From Octopus sinensis (taxonomy: Eukaryota), in assembly GCF_006345805.1 (NCBI RefSeq), contig NC_042997.1, positions 18,042,001-18,106,000 of the forward strand: 64,000 bases of DNA, in the 5' to 3' direction. A program made the translations under genes and the position numbers. Of the stretch, positions 1-13,491 are shown one piece after another. Each line of letters starts with the position of its first letter. The stretch's first letter is position 1. The notes under the pieces are model-generated. The model was not told the DNA's origin, searched no databases, and saw nothing but the letters and a program-made list of their open reading frames with translations.

Positions 1-51
1 GGTTGGTAAGCAAACTTCTTAGAACACAGCCATGCCTGTGCCCCTACATAG

Positions 52-88
<37 letters not shown>

Positions 89-598
89 ATGGCTATAGGT
101 TATATAAAAATTTTTTGAACATGATAATCTCACACAACCACAACTTCAACCACTGTGGTATTGGTCAAAACACATGATATCAATGTTCTTCAAAGTAATG
201 CTGTAGCTGTAGAAATTTACAACTTGATCAAGTCTGACGTACTACTACAATAATAACAAAATAAAAAAAAAAGGGCTGCAACAACACAACAGACTTAAGG
301 TACATGAACATCTAATGAGGTACACTCATGGTTATGATACTGAGAAATTCACTTCACAACCAAGTAGTTTCAAGTTCAGTTCCACTCCATTTCACTTTGG
401 GCAATTGATGCTCTCTAATATAGCTCCGGGCCAAACAATTCTCTGTGAAGGAATTTTCTAGATGGAAACTGTATGGAAGCTTTTCATATAAATCTTTACA
501 CAGAAATATGCTAGATATAATTATAAATATATATAAAGGGTGCCCCAAAATTAAGGCAACCAACTTTTTCAATTTTGCTAAAGCAAAATATTGTTATA

Positions 599-999
599 CT
601 AGCAGTATCGCCCGGCGTTGCTCGGGTTTGTAAGGGAAATAACTATATAAGAATTTTTAGAGAGTTATAGCCAAAAAATAGCAAAAAAATGCATTAAAAA
701 TGGAAAAAAAAATGATGGTAAATTTTTTTTTAAAATCGTTGACTCATCGTAGATATTTTTAGAGAGGTACTTCCCTTATATAATAGCGAAAAAAATGCAT
801 CAAAATGGAAAAAAATGATGGTAAATTATTTTTAAAATCGTAGACTCATTGTAGACGCGCGCTAATACCCAGAAGGGCTCGATATGAATCACGACTATAA
901 GATACCCGCTTTTGGTTACACTGCACCGCAAAATGTGGGAGTTGTTAGGAATCTAAATCGTAGGAGATAGACACACAACTTCACTTTTATATATAAAGA
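599..999 (-). mobile_element. Non-autonomous Helitron, copy 1 (401 bp)
   Basis: On minus it starts TC(TTTATATATAAAAG) and ends with hairpin CCCGAGCAACGCCGGG, 8 nt, then CTAG. Inserted between A and T with no TSD. Near-identical copies lie elsewhere in the window. Confidence 0.88.
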
Positions 1000-1059
1000 T
1001 TTCAGGTCTAAGCATTGCAATGCAATGGTAAATGAAACACAATTATGATACTATCACAT

Positions 1060-2030
1060 TTAGTCAATATAAACAGCTCTGTTTTGAATCATAGCCTTAA
1101 GTCTTGGTGCGGAACACCACTGTTCTTGTAGAATTGAAGCCCATTCCCAGTGCAGTTTTGCCTTCAGAGAATCGAGATGGACTGTCCAGAGCATCCAAGA
1201 TGGATCAAACAGAAAAATCCGACAGGTTGAGATCGGGGCTTCTTGAAGGCCATGCATCCTTGTCTATGAATGCCGGAATGTTTTTCTGAATCCAGGGTTG
1301 TATCTGTTTGGAGCTGTGGGATGGTGTCAAGTTCTGTTGGAAGCTCCAAGGTGTGCCTTGAAAGGGCTCATTCACCCATGGAAGCAGTTCAGTTCCCAGA
1401 ATGTCACTAATGTACTGCTGGGTGTTAATTTTAATACCTGAGGGCACACAAGCGAAGGGAGACCTTCCAGTGGATCTCACAGCTGTCTAAATCATAACTG
1501 ACTGTGGATTTTGATGTCAATTTACGAGTCTACCCTCGACGGAACCAAAGTCAGTCATCTGGTTGTTTACTGTCTGTTCGATATCAAATTTCTTTTTATC
1601 AGTGAACACCAGGTTGGGGAACGTACCTTCAGCAATCTGATGCAGGATAAGATGACTTTGCTCCAGTCTCATGGCCTTATAAACTTGTGTGAGCTTATCT
1701 CAGCAGATCATCTTGTAGGGATGGGTCCTGAGATCCTCCTTCAGCACTCTATACATTGATGTTCAGCTTATTTTAGCTGTGACAGCCAGTTTTCTGACAG
1801 AACGACAAGGATTTCACTATATCTTTCCTCTGGTATTTTTGATATGCTGAGGGGTCTACATACTTCTTTTTTGGCCACATCCAGGTTAATCAGCCGTGAA
1901 ACCAGTCTCTTGAAATTTCTTGACAATTTTCTAGACTGTTGTTTGGCTTTAATTTTAAGCATTTTTTGCTAAAGCTGTATTACTTTTGCCTCCTTTGTGG
2001 AGGATTATGATTGTATTTCAGTCTGTAGCC
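1060..2030 (-). pseudogene. maT/DD37D transposase pseudogene (frameshifts, stops)
   Basis: Minus-strand pieces: N-terminal HTH-like (IIILHKGGKSNTALAK..MLKIK), then FQQN(D)LTPSH...WPSRSPDLNLSDFSV with exactly 37 residues between the 2nd and 3rd catalytic positions, then C-terminal LKAKL..W...RLKAMIQN. Confidence 0.85.
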
Positions 2031-2774
2031 AAAATCTACTTCAGAAATCTGAATTTATTTAGTCTGAAACAAAAAGAAGACACACTAAGCTTTTATAGTG
2101 ATATATAAGTTTCATATTGATAATTACTAAAGCCTAAACCTCAGCTGCCTTAATTTCAGGACACCTTGTATATGTTATAGATATTCCTACTTACACATGT
2201 GTCTATGCATATGTGTCTTCATGTTTGTTCACAGGTGTTGGTCTGTTATGACTCAGTAACTTAGCAGCTTGGTAAATGTGACATATAGAATAAGTTCCAC
2301 TAAGCCTGAAAAGAGCCATTATCTAGCATGATCATTGTCTAATGACTGAAACAAGCAGTGGAAGAATTCACAAAATGATTCACAAAAATTTGAATGGAAA
2401 AATATGTCACGGTGACAAGATGTAGTAAAATATGATAGATTGAATTTATGAAATCCACCTTGTTTCAGCTCAGTCAGTTTGTACTTACATGGCAAGATTA
2501 TTGCTGGCAGACCTTTTGGGAAAAGAACGTTCATAAAAAATAAATAGTGTTAATAAAAGGAACAGGAAAGGAAGCTGAAGAACAAACATTATTTATTTAA
2601 AGGGATGAAAACATTTCTCTGTAAGTTCTTAAACTAAGATGAAGCTGTTTGCTGCTAAGACTCTTCCAACCAATTACTCTTCATAGATAAACTTTAATAA
2701 TTTTATATTTAACAATGGTATTCCCAAATGTAGCTGAAAATTTTGGAATGAACAACAATGCGAGAACATTCACA

Positions 2775-3077
2775 TACAAATACACACACACATACACACA
2801 CACACACGCGCATATATTATATATGTGTTTGTATGCATGTACATATACGTGTATATATGTGAAAGTATAAATGTGTACTTATGTGTGTGTGTAAATATAT
2901 TATTCACATGTATGTATATATATGCATGTGTGTGGGTATGTATGTATACATACATATATATATATATCCATATATATATATATAAATGTATGCATATGTA
3001 TGTGTACTCACATGCATACATATTATATACCCCCATATACATATATATATATATACTTCTGTGTATGCATTTCTGTG

Positions 3078-3108
<31 letters not shown>

Positions 3109-3120
3109 ATATATATATAT

Positions 3121-3153
<33 letters not shown>

Positions 3154-3168
3154 CTCTACTCACACACG

Positions 3169-3254
<86 letters not shown>

Positions 3255-3255
3255 G
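2775..3255. repeat. Compound (CA)n/(TA)n/(TATG)n microsatellite tract
   Basis: Directly visible dinucleotide runs; explains the six overlapping IY/YI/CV ORFs. Confidence 0.95.
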
Positions 3256-4039
3256 TCTATTCATTCAAAGCCTTTTCTTTTTTTTTTTTTTTTGTACATC
3301 ATATTGGCGAAAATTTAGAAGAATTAAGCCAAGCCATCATTTCTATGATAACTGACTATTTATTCCCAGAAGGCACATTCAGATGAATATTTATGTTATG
3401 TGTCAGATTGTAAATCAAATGTTTTCTTGTTATTTCTTTTCCATTTTTTTCAATAACAACTTATTAGTATTCATAGATTCTTCCAACTGTATCAGAATTC
3501 TCAGGGGATAGTGTAAGAATTTATGAGATCATTTGTGCAGATATGTTCCATTTCATCAAGAAATTTGATAACAACCTCTGTGGAAACTTTCCACTTTTAT
3601 GTTTAATTATAATTCCCACCAAATTTGAAAGAAAAATGCCATTGATGTAATTCAAAGAAGATAGAATACAAAATCAAAAGAAAATATAAATGAACTTCAT
3701 ATGAAATATATAAAATATTATGTTTCAGGGAATAAACAGATGAAAATGGTAAAAGGTTGCAGTTGAAAATTTACTGCTATAACAGCAACAATATCGAGGC
3801 AACAGGTAGAATAATCTGGAATAAATCTTATCAAGAAAATTTCACATATTTCAGTTTTTTGCCTTTGATATGCATAAAATTCACGACTATATCGCTGTTT
3901 TGTTTACTTACTTATTTTCTCAACATGATTCATATTTTCACTTATTTCTACATTTAGATTTTCTTATTCTATCATTCCACACATCTGAACCTTTTACAAT
4001 TATTTCTTTTAATAGTTCAACATTTCTTAATTCATTTCT

Positions 4040-4500
4040 ATATTGTCCTTGATAACTTCAAAGCCAAAAACACTTCTTGGCCCTTCTACTCATCTCTATT
4101 TGAAGCTTTCAATGAAGGAATTGAAACTTTTGTAATCCTTAGCTTTTTACATCAGCTAACTTTATTCTCTCCTCACGTCACTGACCAGCACAAACACACT
4201 TCAAACACTCATAATTTCTTTAAGAACCAATTTCTATCAAATCATCACTATTGTTGCTCCTGTTAACTTGTTTGACTTCTATTTTATTATGATTATTCAC
4301 CATACATGCATATCCTGCACTACATTTCTTACATCCTATGATACTCGAAGTCAGCTGAATGATTATAACTCTACTAATTCTAAGTTTGCTATCCCTCATA
4401 ATATACTTCTTGATCAATCAGACACATTTCAGTTGGCAACTGAAATCATCTCCTTAATCATTTCATAATACATTCCACTTAATAAAAACTGATAGTCTAG
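4040..4500 (+). mobile_element. Degenerate LINE endonuclease (APE-like) remnant
   Basis: Plus translation YIVLDNFKAKNTSW...HKHTSNTHNFLRT resembles the APE motifs I(V)LGDFNA..W and SNTLDLFLT. Heavily decayed. Confidence 0.4.
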
Positions 4501-4544
4501 ACTCATGTAGCTCACTCTTATCTGTACTACATCAGTTTAGGTCA

Positions 4545-4960
4545 TCATCATCATCATCATCATCATCATCGTTTAACGTCCGTTCTCCATGCTAGCATGG
4601 GTTGGACATTTTGACTAGGGATCTGGAAGCCAGAAGGCTGCACCAGGCTCCAGTCTTATCTGGCAATGTTTCTACAGCTGGATGCCCTTCCTAACGCCAA
4701 CCACTCCGTGAGTGAAGTGGGAGCTTTTTACTTGCCACCCACACAGGTGCCAGGCGAGGCTGGCAACGGCCACGGTTGGATTGGTGCAATTTACGTGCCA
4801 CTGGCACGGAAGCCAGTCGAGGCGACGCTGGCATCGGCCACGATTCGGATAGTGCTTTTTATTTACCACCAGTCCAGGGGTCCTGGCATCTGCCGGGTGC
4901 CAGTCATAGGATTGGTTCAATTTCGATTTCTATTTCACTTGCCCCAACATGTCTTAGCAA
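4545..4960 (-). mobile_element. (GAT)n-tailed RTE-type 3'-end repeat
   Basis: (CAT)n then TTTAACGTCCG..CCATGCTAGCATGGGTTGGAC..CTGGATGCCCTTCCTAACGCCAACCAC; the same cassette recurs more than 10 times in the window. Confidence 0.85.
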
Positions 4961-5039
4961 GCAAGACAAATAGGTATATCAGACAAATTACAAAACTTAG
5001 GAAACACAACCATGCAGCCTGAATGTTCTCCAATTGCTC

Positions 5040-6340
5040 AAACTGCAATCAATTCTAACCTGAGTATTAGGCCATACAGTTGTCAGAAGAATAATTTTGA
5101 TTATATCAACCCCAGTATTTAACAACTACTTATTTTGCCCAGTGACAAAAACTATCAACTAAATTTGTTGAATCCTCCTTTCTTCCATGCTCTACTGTAA
5201 AGAAAGCCTCCACATTTGTTGCCCACTTTGCATCCAATGATATACTGCACACACTAGGCAAATCTCCCCAAAACTATCTTCAACTTCACTGGGTTTACTA
5301 CTATGCATGTATACAATGTAATTATGAAAGTATCTTCAGTTACTTCAAACCATCAAAACCACCTGTCCTGACCAATGTTCATTCCATTTATCTGAATCAA
5401 TACCTCTCAAACATTGCCCTTGTCCTCTCTCTTCAGGGACATACTCTGACCTTTGGAAATATACTACAGTGTGTTGCTTTTCCAAGAAGGTTAATCTCTC
5501 TGATGATTCATGAATTGTTTTATCCAACATTTTAAAGGTGATGGAGATAGCCATGAACAACAACTTTCTCCCAACTCTCTATCCCTTGATGATTATGTAT
5601 ACTCCTTTCACAAAGCCACATCTACTGGAAACCCACACTACTATGTTTCTCAATGGACTATCACCTTTGAGAAATTCAATGAAAATTCTGCTGATATTTA
5701 TGGGCTCCATTCATTTCTCCTCTATTGCAGTTGTCTCTCAGTTGGCACCATTGTAGTAACAGAGTTGTAGCTAGCCCACATTCTGTCATCTCTAGTATAC
5801 CCTAGAGTTCAGTTAGTCACTGACCACTCTTTTACAAAAATCTTACTTGTTATCAACTCCAGCAAAACTAAATTCTAACCTTCACCCCATCCACTAATCT
5901 TCCTTTGCCATGCATCATTCACATTTAGCCATATGCAATATCTATGAGTAAAAATATGCAATATCCACGAGTAGAAATCACAAAAGCACCCTCCAATGTG
6001 TCTATGCCAAAATTTTAATTTTCTTTAGCATTACAAAGATAAAATCATAATGCATATCAAGAAACATTATGGTTCCTCCACTAAATAAACATTAAAAGTG
6101 AGCAAGTAGAATTCTTATGTTCACAATAAATGTTAGATTCCACTATCAGGAAAGTCCACCTGGCAGACACACATCTTCATCACAGCTAAAACAGTATTAC
6201 AAAAATAGCTTTCTCTTTAGACCTAGAAAATACTTCAGACTCCAGTTATATATTCCCTACAAATCTCAGATTAGACCTACAATAGACCTAATGCTGCTGC
6301 TGCTACTAAATAGAATGACATGTTAGACCACTTCCAAAAA
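5040..6340 (+). mobile_element. Degenerate LINE ORF2 remnant (post-RT region)
   Basis: Translation near 6200 FLFRPRKYFRLQLYIPYKSQIRPTID resembles LINE ORF2 C-terminal segments (L..LYK..IRP.LEY); many stops. Confidence 0.45.
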
Positions 6341-8761
6341 AATAAAAAGAAAACCACTTGACTGATTGTATTAAGTCATTCACCAACTCACTCTAGTCTC
6401 TGTCCTATAGACATGGATGGCAATAGCAATGGTATCCAGCTGCAAAAACAATTGCTTCAAGGAATAATCCATTCTTTTCATTGAAATATCCATGGGTAGA
6501 TGTAAGTCAATAAAATATATCTATCTTTCAGTATCTTTCTCTATATATCATATGTGTCATTGAAGTATTTAAAAGTGACCTTATATATCCTGAGTTTAAA
6601 TCCTAATGCATTTAACCTAGCTTTTTCTTATCATGGGGTTGATAAAATAAGTAGTTGTCAAATACTGGGGTTGACATAATCAAATCAAAATTATTCTTCT
6701 GACAACTGTATGGCCTAATACCCAGTTTAGTAACTTATAATTACAGAGAGTTCAACATAACTCAATATTTTCCAAGATATGAATGATAATAACAGAAGAA
6801 CCTCCAGTTTATGATTACTGAACACAATAGAAATATTTCTGAAAAAAATGTCCTATAAATCCTTACTTGGTTGTCAGATGATGACAAGATGCATTGTTTT
6901 CATGTAATGTTTTAAGGGCAAGTCAGACTAGTTGGCACTTATTTCTTTTTTCCATGTTTCTGACAAAAGCCACAAACTACAGGTATTAGTAGAGTGAAAT
7001 GATATGCCTGAATCAGGAATCTATGTTGTAGAATTGGTTCTCCAAGAATTCATGAAATGTTACACAAATAATTTACACCTATTTAATTCCTTTTCACAGA
7101 AGAAACTAAAACCTAATTATGAGTCATCATTCATCTAATATGTATGTATATAAGCTAAGGAAGCAAAGAGTTAATAGTTGCATTATCAATGGTGAGATGA
7201 AAGCTTCTTTTCCATTAAATATTATCTGAATCTAGTTGTGTTGAACTGATGCTGATCCTTCATGAGAGCAAATTCCACTTCACTTCAAGTGTTAATGCTA
7301 CTAGGAAGTTATAGCTTCTAATTTCATCGCTTCTTGATATAAAGCCTATAAATTAAACCAAAACCTTTGAGAGGTTGGATAAACTGCATAAAGGAGAATA
7401 GCCCAACAATGAGGCAGGCTTGCCAATTACAAACTTCATTACTTGTAAAGTTTAATTTTGAATCAGTATTTTAGTTATCTCTTAAGCAGCTTGGCTATAA
7501 AGTAAGTAATATAATATCTTTTGATATGTAATTAGCTTTCTAGACTATGAGGAAAAGAGAAATAAGAGATGAAATGTTTCATGCCTTAACTAAGAACATT
7601 ATTATTTGTATGGTTGAACTTAACTAACCACTATTAGAAATTGAACTCATGTGTGGATTTCATTTCCTGAAGGTCTGCCTCTGTTCTACTTTTCAAAAGT
7701 AGGACCACTGGTATCAAATTTACCAGTCATGAAGAAAAATAAAGCTATGTTTGTGGACATTAGAGAATATGTTTTCCATTCAGTAGACATTTGATCAGTG
7801 AAACCACCTGAGTATTGAAAACACCAGGTTAGTGTTTATGAAAGCCAACAGAAAATGACTGTCCTGATTAATTTATTAACTGATGTATTGATGCATACTG
7901 TATCCAATTTATGTGAAAGTTCAGCATTCTTTATTAGTCCATCTGATTCAAAAGGCAAAACCAAGAAACAAAGAAAAAGGAAGAAAATCTTATTCTGTTA
8001 CAGGTCACACTAATCACCCTATGTTGCAAAGATTTTTATTACACTACCAGATATAGAAAGGAGAACTATCTGGAAATTAATCTTTTCTTCTCTCTGGCTT
8101 GGATTAAATGCCAATGTTTTCGATATGAAATTCTCTATGCTTCTAACTCTATTGAACTTTTATTTGATTATGGTTTAGCCAAATGTTTATCTCTGGTAGA
8201 GTTTTTCATATTCATATATTCTCTGATGCTGTTTGTTTGCTAGAGATAGTTTGAAGCTCTTGAATTATTAGTTATTTGTAAGCTGAACAATCAAATCAAA
8301 TGTTACAAACAGTAACAACAACTAAACAGACGTCACAAAAACAACTGTATCAATGTTAGCAACCACAAAAAGCACATACACAGACCATGACAAAACATAC
8401 TACATTTAATCATTTGTAAATAATACCATAGCTTTATAGATTTGACCCATTCTTAAACGTGGCTTCCTCTTTTATCCTAATAATTTCTAACTTACTGGAA
8501 ATATTTAAATCAATATGGTGTGAGCTCGAGTAACAGAAATACACTACATATCTATAATTTGATTATGAAGTGTTTTTTTCATTAAAAAATATATTTACAG
8601 TGTGATAAATTTATAATGAAGCAAGACTTATTCAATTGAAATAATTTTGTATGTGAAATATAAACTTGGTCATTGAATAAAAAGGTTTATATTTAACCAA
8701 TGTCAGTTTATAAATTCTAACAATCTTTACTTTTAGATGTATAATTTTAATAAACACATAC

Positions 8762-9218
8762 GTGCAGGTAAGGCTGTAATGGTTAAGAATTTGTTTCCCA
8801 ACTTCATGGCTCTGGGTTCAATACCTCTGTGTAGCACCTTGGGCAATTGTCTTCTATTATAGCCTGGACTGACCAAAGCCTTGTAAATGAATTTGATAGA
8901 TGGAAACTGCAGGAAGCTCATTGTGTGCATGTGTGTATGGATGTGTGTGTGAGTGTGTGTGTATGTTTATGTCTCCTTGTCTCGACATCACATGATAGTT
9001 GTAATGAGTGCCATTGGCATAGAAGCAGTCATTCATATCCATTATTCTGTGGTAACATGTCTGGCCATGGGGAATTATTACTTTTCTCAGAGTCAGATGA
9101 GGTTGGAAACAGGAAGGGCATCAATCTGATAAAATCTGCCTCAACAAACTCTACCCAACCCATACAAGTATGGAAACACAGGCATTAAATTGCTGGTGCT
9201 TATGATGATGATGATGAT
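8762..9218 (+). mobile_element. tRNA-headed SINE (family A head) with RTE-type (GAT)n tail
   Basis: Head GGCTGTAATGGTTAAG..TGGGTTCAATACC (A/B-box-like), body CTTGGGCAA..CTATTATAGCC..CCAAAGCCTTGT..GGAAACTG, 3' end AGGAAGGGCATC..CCCATACAAGTATGGAAA..(GAT)n. Confidence 0.75.
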
Positions 9219-9372
9219 ATTGTTTTTGATTTATTGTAAAGAGGAACACAATATTGTGATGTTTGTATCTTTCCCCAAAGAATCTAATGGTGTAAATGAA
9301 AGGAAATGGCAACAGAAAGATTATTTCTATAACTTTCTCCAGCTTTACTGTGATTTGACACATCAATGTAAT

Positions 9373-9655
9373 CATCATCATCATCATCATTTAGCATCCG
9401 CTTTCCATACTAGCATGGGTTGGACGGTTCAACTGGGGTCTGTGAAGCCAGAAGGCTGCATCAGGCCCAGTCTGATCTGGCAGTGTTTCTACAGCTGGAT
9501 GCCCTTCCTAACGCCAACCACTCCATGAGTGTAGTGGGTGCTTTTTACATGCCACCCGCACAGGTGCCAGATGGAGCTGGCAAACGGCCATGGACGGATG
9601 GTGCTTTTTATGTGCCACCGGCACGGGGGCCAGGTGAGGGTGGCAACGGCCAAAT
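9373..9655 (-). mobile_element. (GAT)n-tailed RTE-type 3'-end repeat
   Basis: Same cassette as 4545-4960. Confidence 0.85.
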
Positions 9656-10519
9656 GCTTACATAAATAACTATAAAAACAAGAAACAACTGTTCAATGAC
9701 TAAAACATATCTAAAAATATTGAAGCATGCAGCAAGTATGGTCTATGTAGGAGAGCTACCCATGAATGCCTAAAAATGTAAAAAACTTAATAGTTAAGTG
9801 GATGTTAGCATTCTTGATGACAATAAATTTTAATTAAAATTAAAACATTAGTGATGAAAATAATCATTATCTAAATGACTAATACTGAGAAAAAAAATGA
9901 AAGGGGAGACAACCTTGAAATTTTGTTTACCCTTAAGTAAGTCACATATTTCAGGTTTGTTATTTGTAACACAGACATTGGATTTCCTCAACTATGGAAT
10001 TCAGTGGAGTTTGTTTAATATTTAGCAGTCAGTACGATGACAACTCTAGACCTGTTTCTGTCTTATTATAGAACTCATCCAAAAAGCTTAGAATGACTAA
10101 AATGTATAGCTTTTAGTAAATAAACACTTAGTGATATATAATAATTTCAAAGACTGGCTGTATAAGAAACTACCAAAGGTTTCATGCCTGCTACAGGAAA
10201 CTTTAATAGTAGAGTAAGTTGTAGTGTAAGTGGTGTAGTGAGCCATGCAATTTTTATTCGTTAAGATAATGGCTTTAGTGATGAAAGCAGTCATTGCCTA
10301 CATCAGTTGTCATACTTTTCTGTTGGTAGACCATTGTGGATACTTTAAAAAACTTAAACTTTGTGAGCTAAGATGATTAAAAAATGAAATTTTAATCATC
10401 TAAATCTACAAAAACAGGTTTTCTTTTGCTTATCTACGCTAAAACAGATGAAAGGGAAATTTTCATTAAGGTTTCATAAATTTGCACTAATTTATTCATC
10501 AATGAGAATTATGAAATCT

Positions 10520-11960
10520 TTAGAGTGGGGGACAAAATTTTGTAATATTGTGATGCAAATTCCTGGAATCAAAACTGAAAGTGCTAATCAATTAGTGCTA
10601 ATCCATTAACAGATTTGATATACTGCATCTTTGAAAATGTTTATTCCTTTCCACATAACCGAGCTGTACCAAACTTTGAAACCAATGCCCAAATAAAAAA
10701 ATTGAAAGATCCATATCCCTCAGATGGAAAGCATTTACAAAGTAAAAATTTTCTCTTTTTTATGTGTCTTTTAACATGTCATTTGACTGCAAAAGAATGA
10801 CTTCCTGTTGAAGATCTGACGGAAGTTCCATGATAATGTAGTCAAATGGATTTTGCAAGATTTTTAATGCTTTGGCATTTTCATTGGGACCTTGGAAAAT
10901 GCAGATAAATGACAGGAGACTAGTGAGAATGTCTTGAACGAATTCAAAAGGAAATGGAGAGAATTTGCTTCTTTGTTGCATATTCACAACAGGGAAAGTG
11001 GTTGAAGTTAGTTATCATTAACTCGTTGTGAAAAAGAACCAATTTATGTTGGAAAGCTTTCACTGCAGAGATGTCACATACAAGCTCACTATTGTATTGA
11101 AATCTCAAACTGGACATGTTAAGATGCATCATTAAGTCAGCTGAGAATGCCAATTTCCACTATCATTCACCATTTGCAAGTTGCAGTGGAGCACAATTTT
11201 CTCATTAAACTGCGTCAATCTCCATCCAAAGTCCAAATATTGTGAAATAATTTGCCACTGCTAAGTTATCGTAAAGTAATATGGTATAGTGAATCACTAT
11301 TTTCGGCTTCTATTTCTTCCACAAATGCTCGAAATTGACAAGGATTGAGAACCTACAATCAAATAAAATTCCTTGTTAATATGACTGGTTTTATGACATG
11401 TGACAAATCTAAATATTTTCTCTGCCGGAACCTGCTGGTGAATGATGCATTGAATCACTAAAGGCTTTGAGCATTCAATATTGTCACAAACCTTGTTGAA
11501 TTTGTCCAACAAATCGTTTTCTCACATATCTTTACCAACATATTTTGTGATACACTTTAGGCATTTTTAAAGTAGATTGTACATAGTCGATGTTTTTTTT
11601 TTCCACTTCTCCAAAAGAATCTTTGTCTAAGCATATTTTTTGCTGAAGCAAATCCTTCTATCACTTCAAAGTTAGTATTAATTCCACAAATGAACAACAG
11701 CAACAACAAATTGTCACACTTCCGTTGATTCATCGAAAATCAAAGAAAAACCACTAAAATATCTTGTGGTGTATTGTTTGACTGACACAAGAGATTGTCT
11801 GTGTCTTTGACTCTTTGTGATTATCTTTGCAAAAAGATTAATATTATTCAACAACTCAATTTTTGTTTTTTTTTTGGACATACTTCTTCCACTTAAATTA
11901 CCTCAGAAAAATAGTTTACCTTTTTCATAAATGAGTTATTCTCAAACTTGATTTAGTTCA
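10520..11960 (-). pseudogene. hAT transposase remnant (SPIN/Charlie/GTF2IRD2-like)
   Basis: Minus-strand motifs in order: SLIFDEST (first catalytic D), CIIHQQ (CxxH), LAFSADLMMHLN..VKAFQHKLVLF, NPF...ELP.DLQQEVI.LQ, TFSKMQYIKS (dimerisation domain). Frameshifted. Confidence 0.8.
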
Positions 11961-11987
11961 GTTTCACTAATTGCATTTCTCCTAGGA

Positions 11988-12272
11988 CAGTAGTTCCCAA
12001 ACTTTTGCAGGCTGTCGTCTCCTTGGCACCCAAGCCACATTACTAGCACCTGCTAACCCTCCCCACCACAAATGTTGACCACTTTCTGCAGCAAATTCAA
12101 AACAATTATATTTCATAAATAAAACTTAAACCTAATTAACGTATTAATATTTTTTTACATCTATCACCCCATTTTGGTCACCCCATTATCATCCTACTTT
12201 TCTTCAATGCCACACCCCTGGATCTTTCCACCGCCCCCAAGGGGACAGTACTGCTCACTTTGGGAACCACTG
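11988..12272. mobile_element. hAT-type MITE (285 bp)
   Basis: 14-bp TIRs CAGTAGTTCCCAAA / TTTGGGAACCACTG (1 mismatch). An 8-bp TSD is not evident; the right flank abuts another insertion. Confidence 0.55.
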
Positions 12273-12284
12273 TCATCCTTATCA

Positions 12285-12870
12285 TTTATCATCTGTTTTC
12301 CATGCTAGCATAGGTTGGACAGTTCGACCGGGATCTGGGAAGCCAGGAGGCTCCAGTCTGATCTGGCAGTGTTTCTACAGCTGGATGCCCTTCCTAACGC
12401 CAACCACTTCGTGAGTGTAGTGGATGCTTTTTATGTGCCACTGGCAGAGGGGTCAGGGGAGGCTGGCAACGGCCATGATCAGTTGGTGCTTTTTACATGC
12501 CACTGACATGGAAGTCAGTCAAGGCAGCACTGGCATCGACCACGTTTGGATGGTGCTTTTTATGTGCCACTGGCAGAGGGGTCAGGGGAGGCTGGCAACG
12601 GCCATGATCAGTTGGTGCTTTTTACATGCCACTGACATGGAAGTCAGTCAAGGCAGCACTGGCATCGACCACGTTTGGATGGTGCTTTTTATGTGCCATC
12701 GGCACGGGTATCACAACTACAATTTCCATTTGATTTTTATTTTGATGTTTATGTATTTGACTAAATAGGTCTCCTCAAGCACAGGAGGTCACCCTATGAT
12801 CCAAGGTAAGCACAGCCGGCTGTCCTGCAATCCAAGGTACTTTGGATGGGCTGGGGCTGCCCTGTGAAGC
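12285..12870 (-). mobile_element. (GAT)n-tailed RTE-type repeat with internal 129-bp tandem duplication
   Basis: Family cassette; the segment GTGCCACTGGCAGAGG...ACGTTTGGATGG occurs at 12435 and 12564. Confidence 0.85.
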
Positions 12871-13224
12871 TGGTGAAAATAACTATTGTAATAAAATACG
12901 CTGTTTCAAGCCTATATATTTCATATGGTATAGATGAGAATAGTGAGATGAATGCGTTGTTTAGTCATTCATCTATATATTATAATCCTTTTAGCACATC
13001 AATTACCTCATTGCATATTTGAACAATAGCTTTTGCAGTTACAAAATATTCCATTCTTCAGTCTTCTTCGAAGATGTCAGAGCCAACTTTTCACTACCAT
13101 TTCCCCTTTTCTCTCCTTGTTTTTTCAGTGTCCCTTTCTGTAGAAGAGCGTAGGCTCAAAACGTAAAAGACTTTTTCTATTCCTGAGTGTTATACTAATA
13201 CATCCGTTTGTTTTGTACACCACC

Positions 13225-13250
13225 ATATATATATATATATAATATATATA

Positions 13251-13315
<65 letters not shown>

Positions 13316-13342
13316 TATATATATATGTATATATATATATAT

Positions 13343-13376
<34 letters not shown>

Positions 13377-13455
13377 ATATATATAATATATATATATATA
13401 TGTATGTATATGTATTTATATACATACATACATATATGTGTATGTATACATATAT
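13225..13455. repeat. (TA)n-rich microsatellite
   Basis: Directly visible. Confidence 0.95.
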
Positions 13456-13491
13456 TTAGAATATTTAGGAAATTACTGGATACAGTTATAA

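Larger units (their letters stand above)
536..2168 (-). mobile_element. Full-length decayed Tc1/mariner-superfamily DNA transposon, maT (DD37D) type, interrupted by a Helitron
   Basis: Imperfect ~26-bp TIRs (left AAGGGTGCCCCAAAATTAAGGCAACC at 536; right read on minus CAAGGTGTCCTGAAATTAAGGCAGCT ending 2168), each flanked by TA. About 1.23 kb after removing the Helitron. Transposase remnants lie on the minus strand. Confidence 0.85.

Noticed and set aside
2770-3386. Long ORFs (110-176 aa) in several frames
   Set aside because: Translations of (TA)n/(CA)n microsatellites. The same applies to the ORFs at 13190, 20891, 28371, 29123 and 60858.
13135-13175. GAGC-GTAG-GCTC-AAAAC stem resembling hammerhead stem II
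   Set aside because: No CUGANGA box, G12 is absent and there is no stem I; at most a PLE relic.
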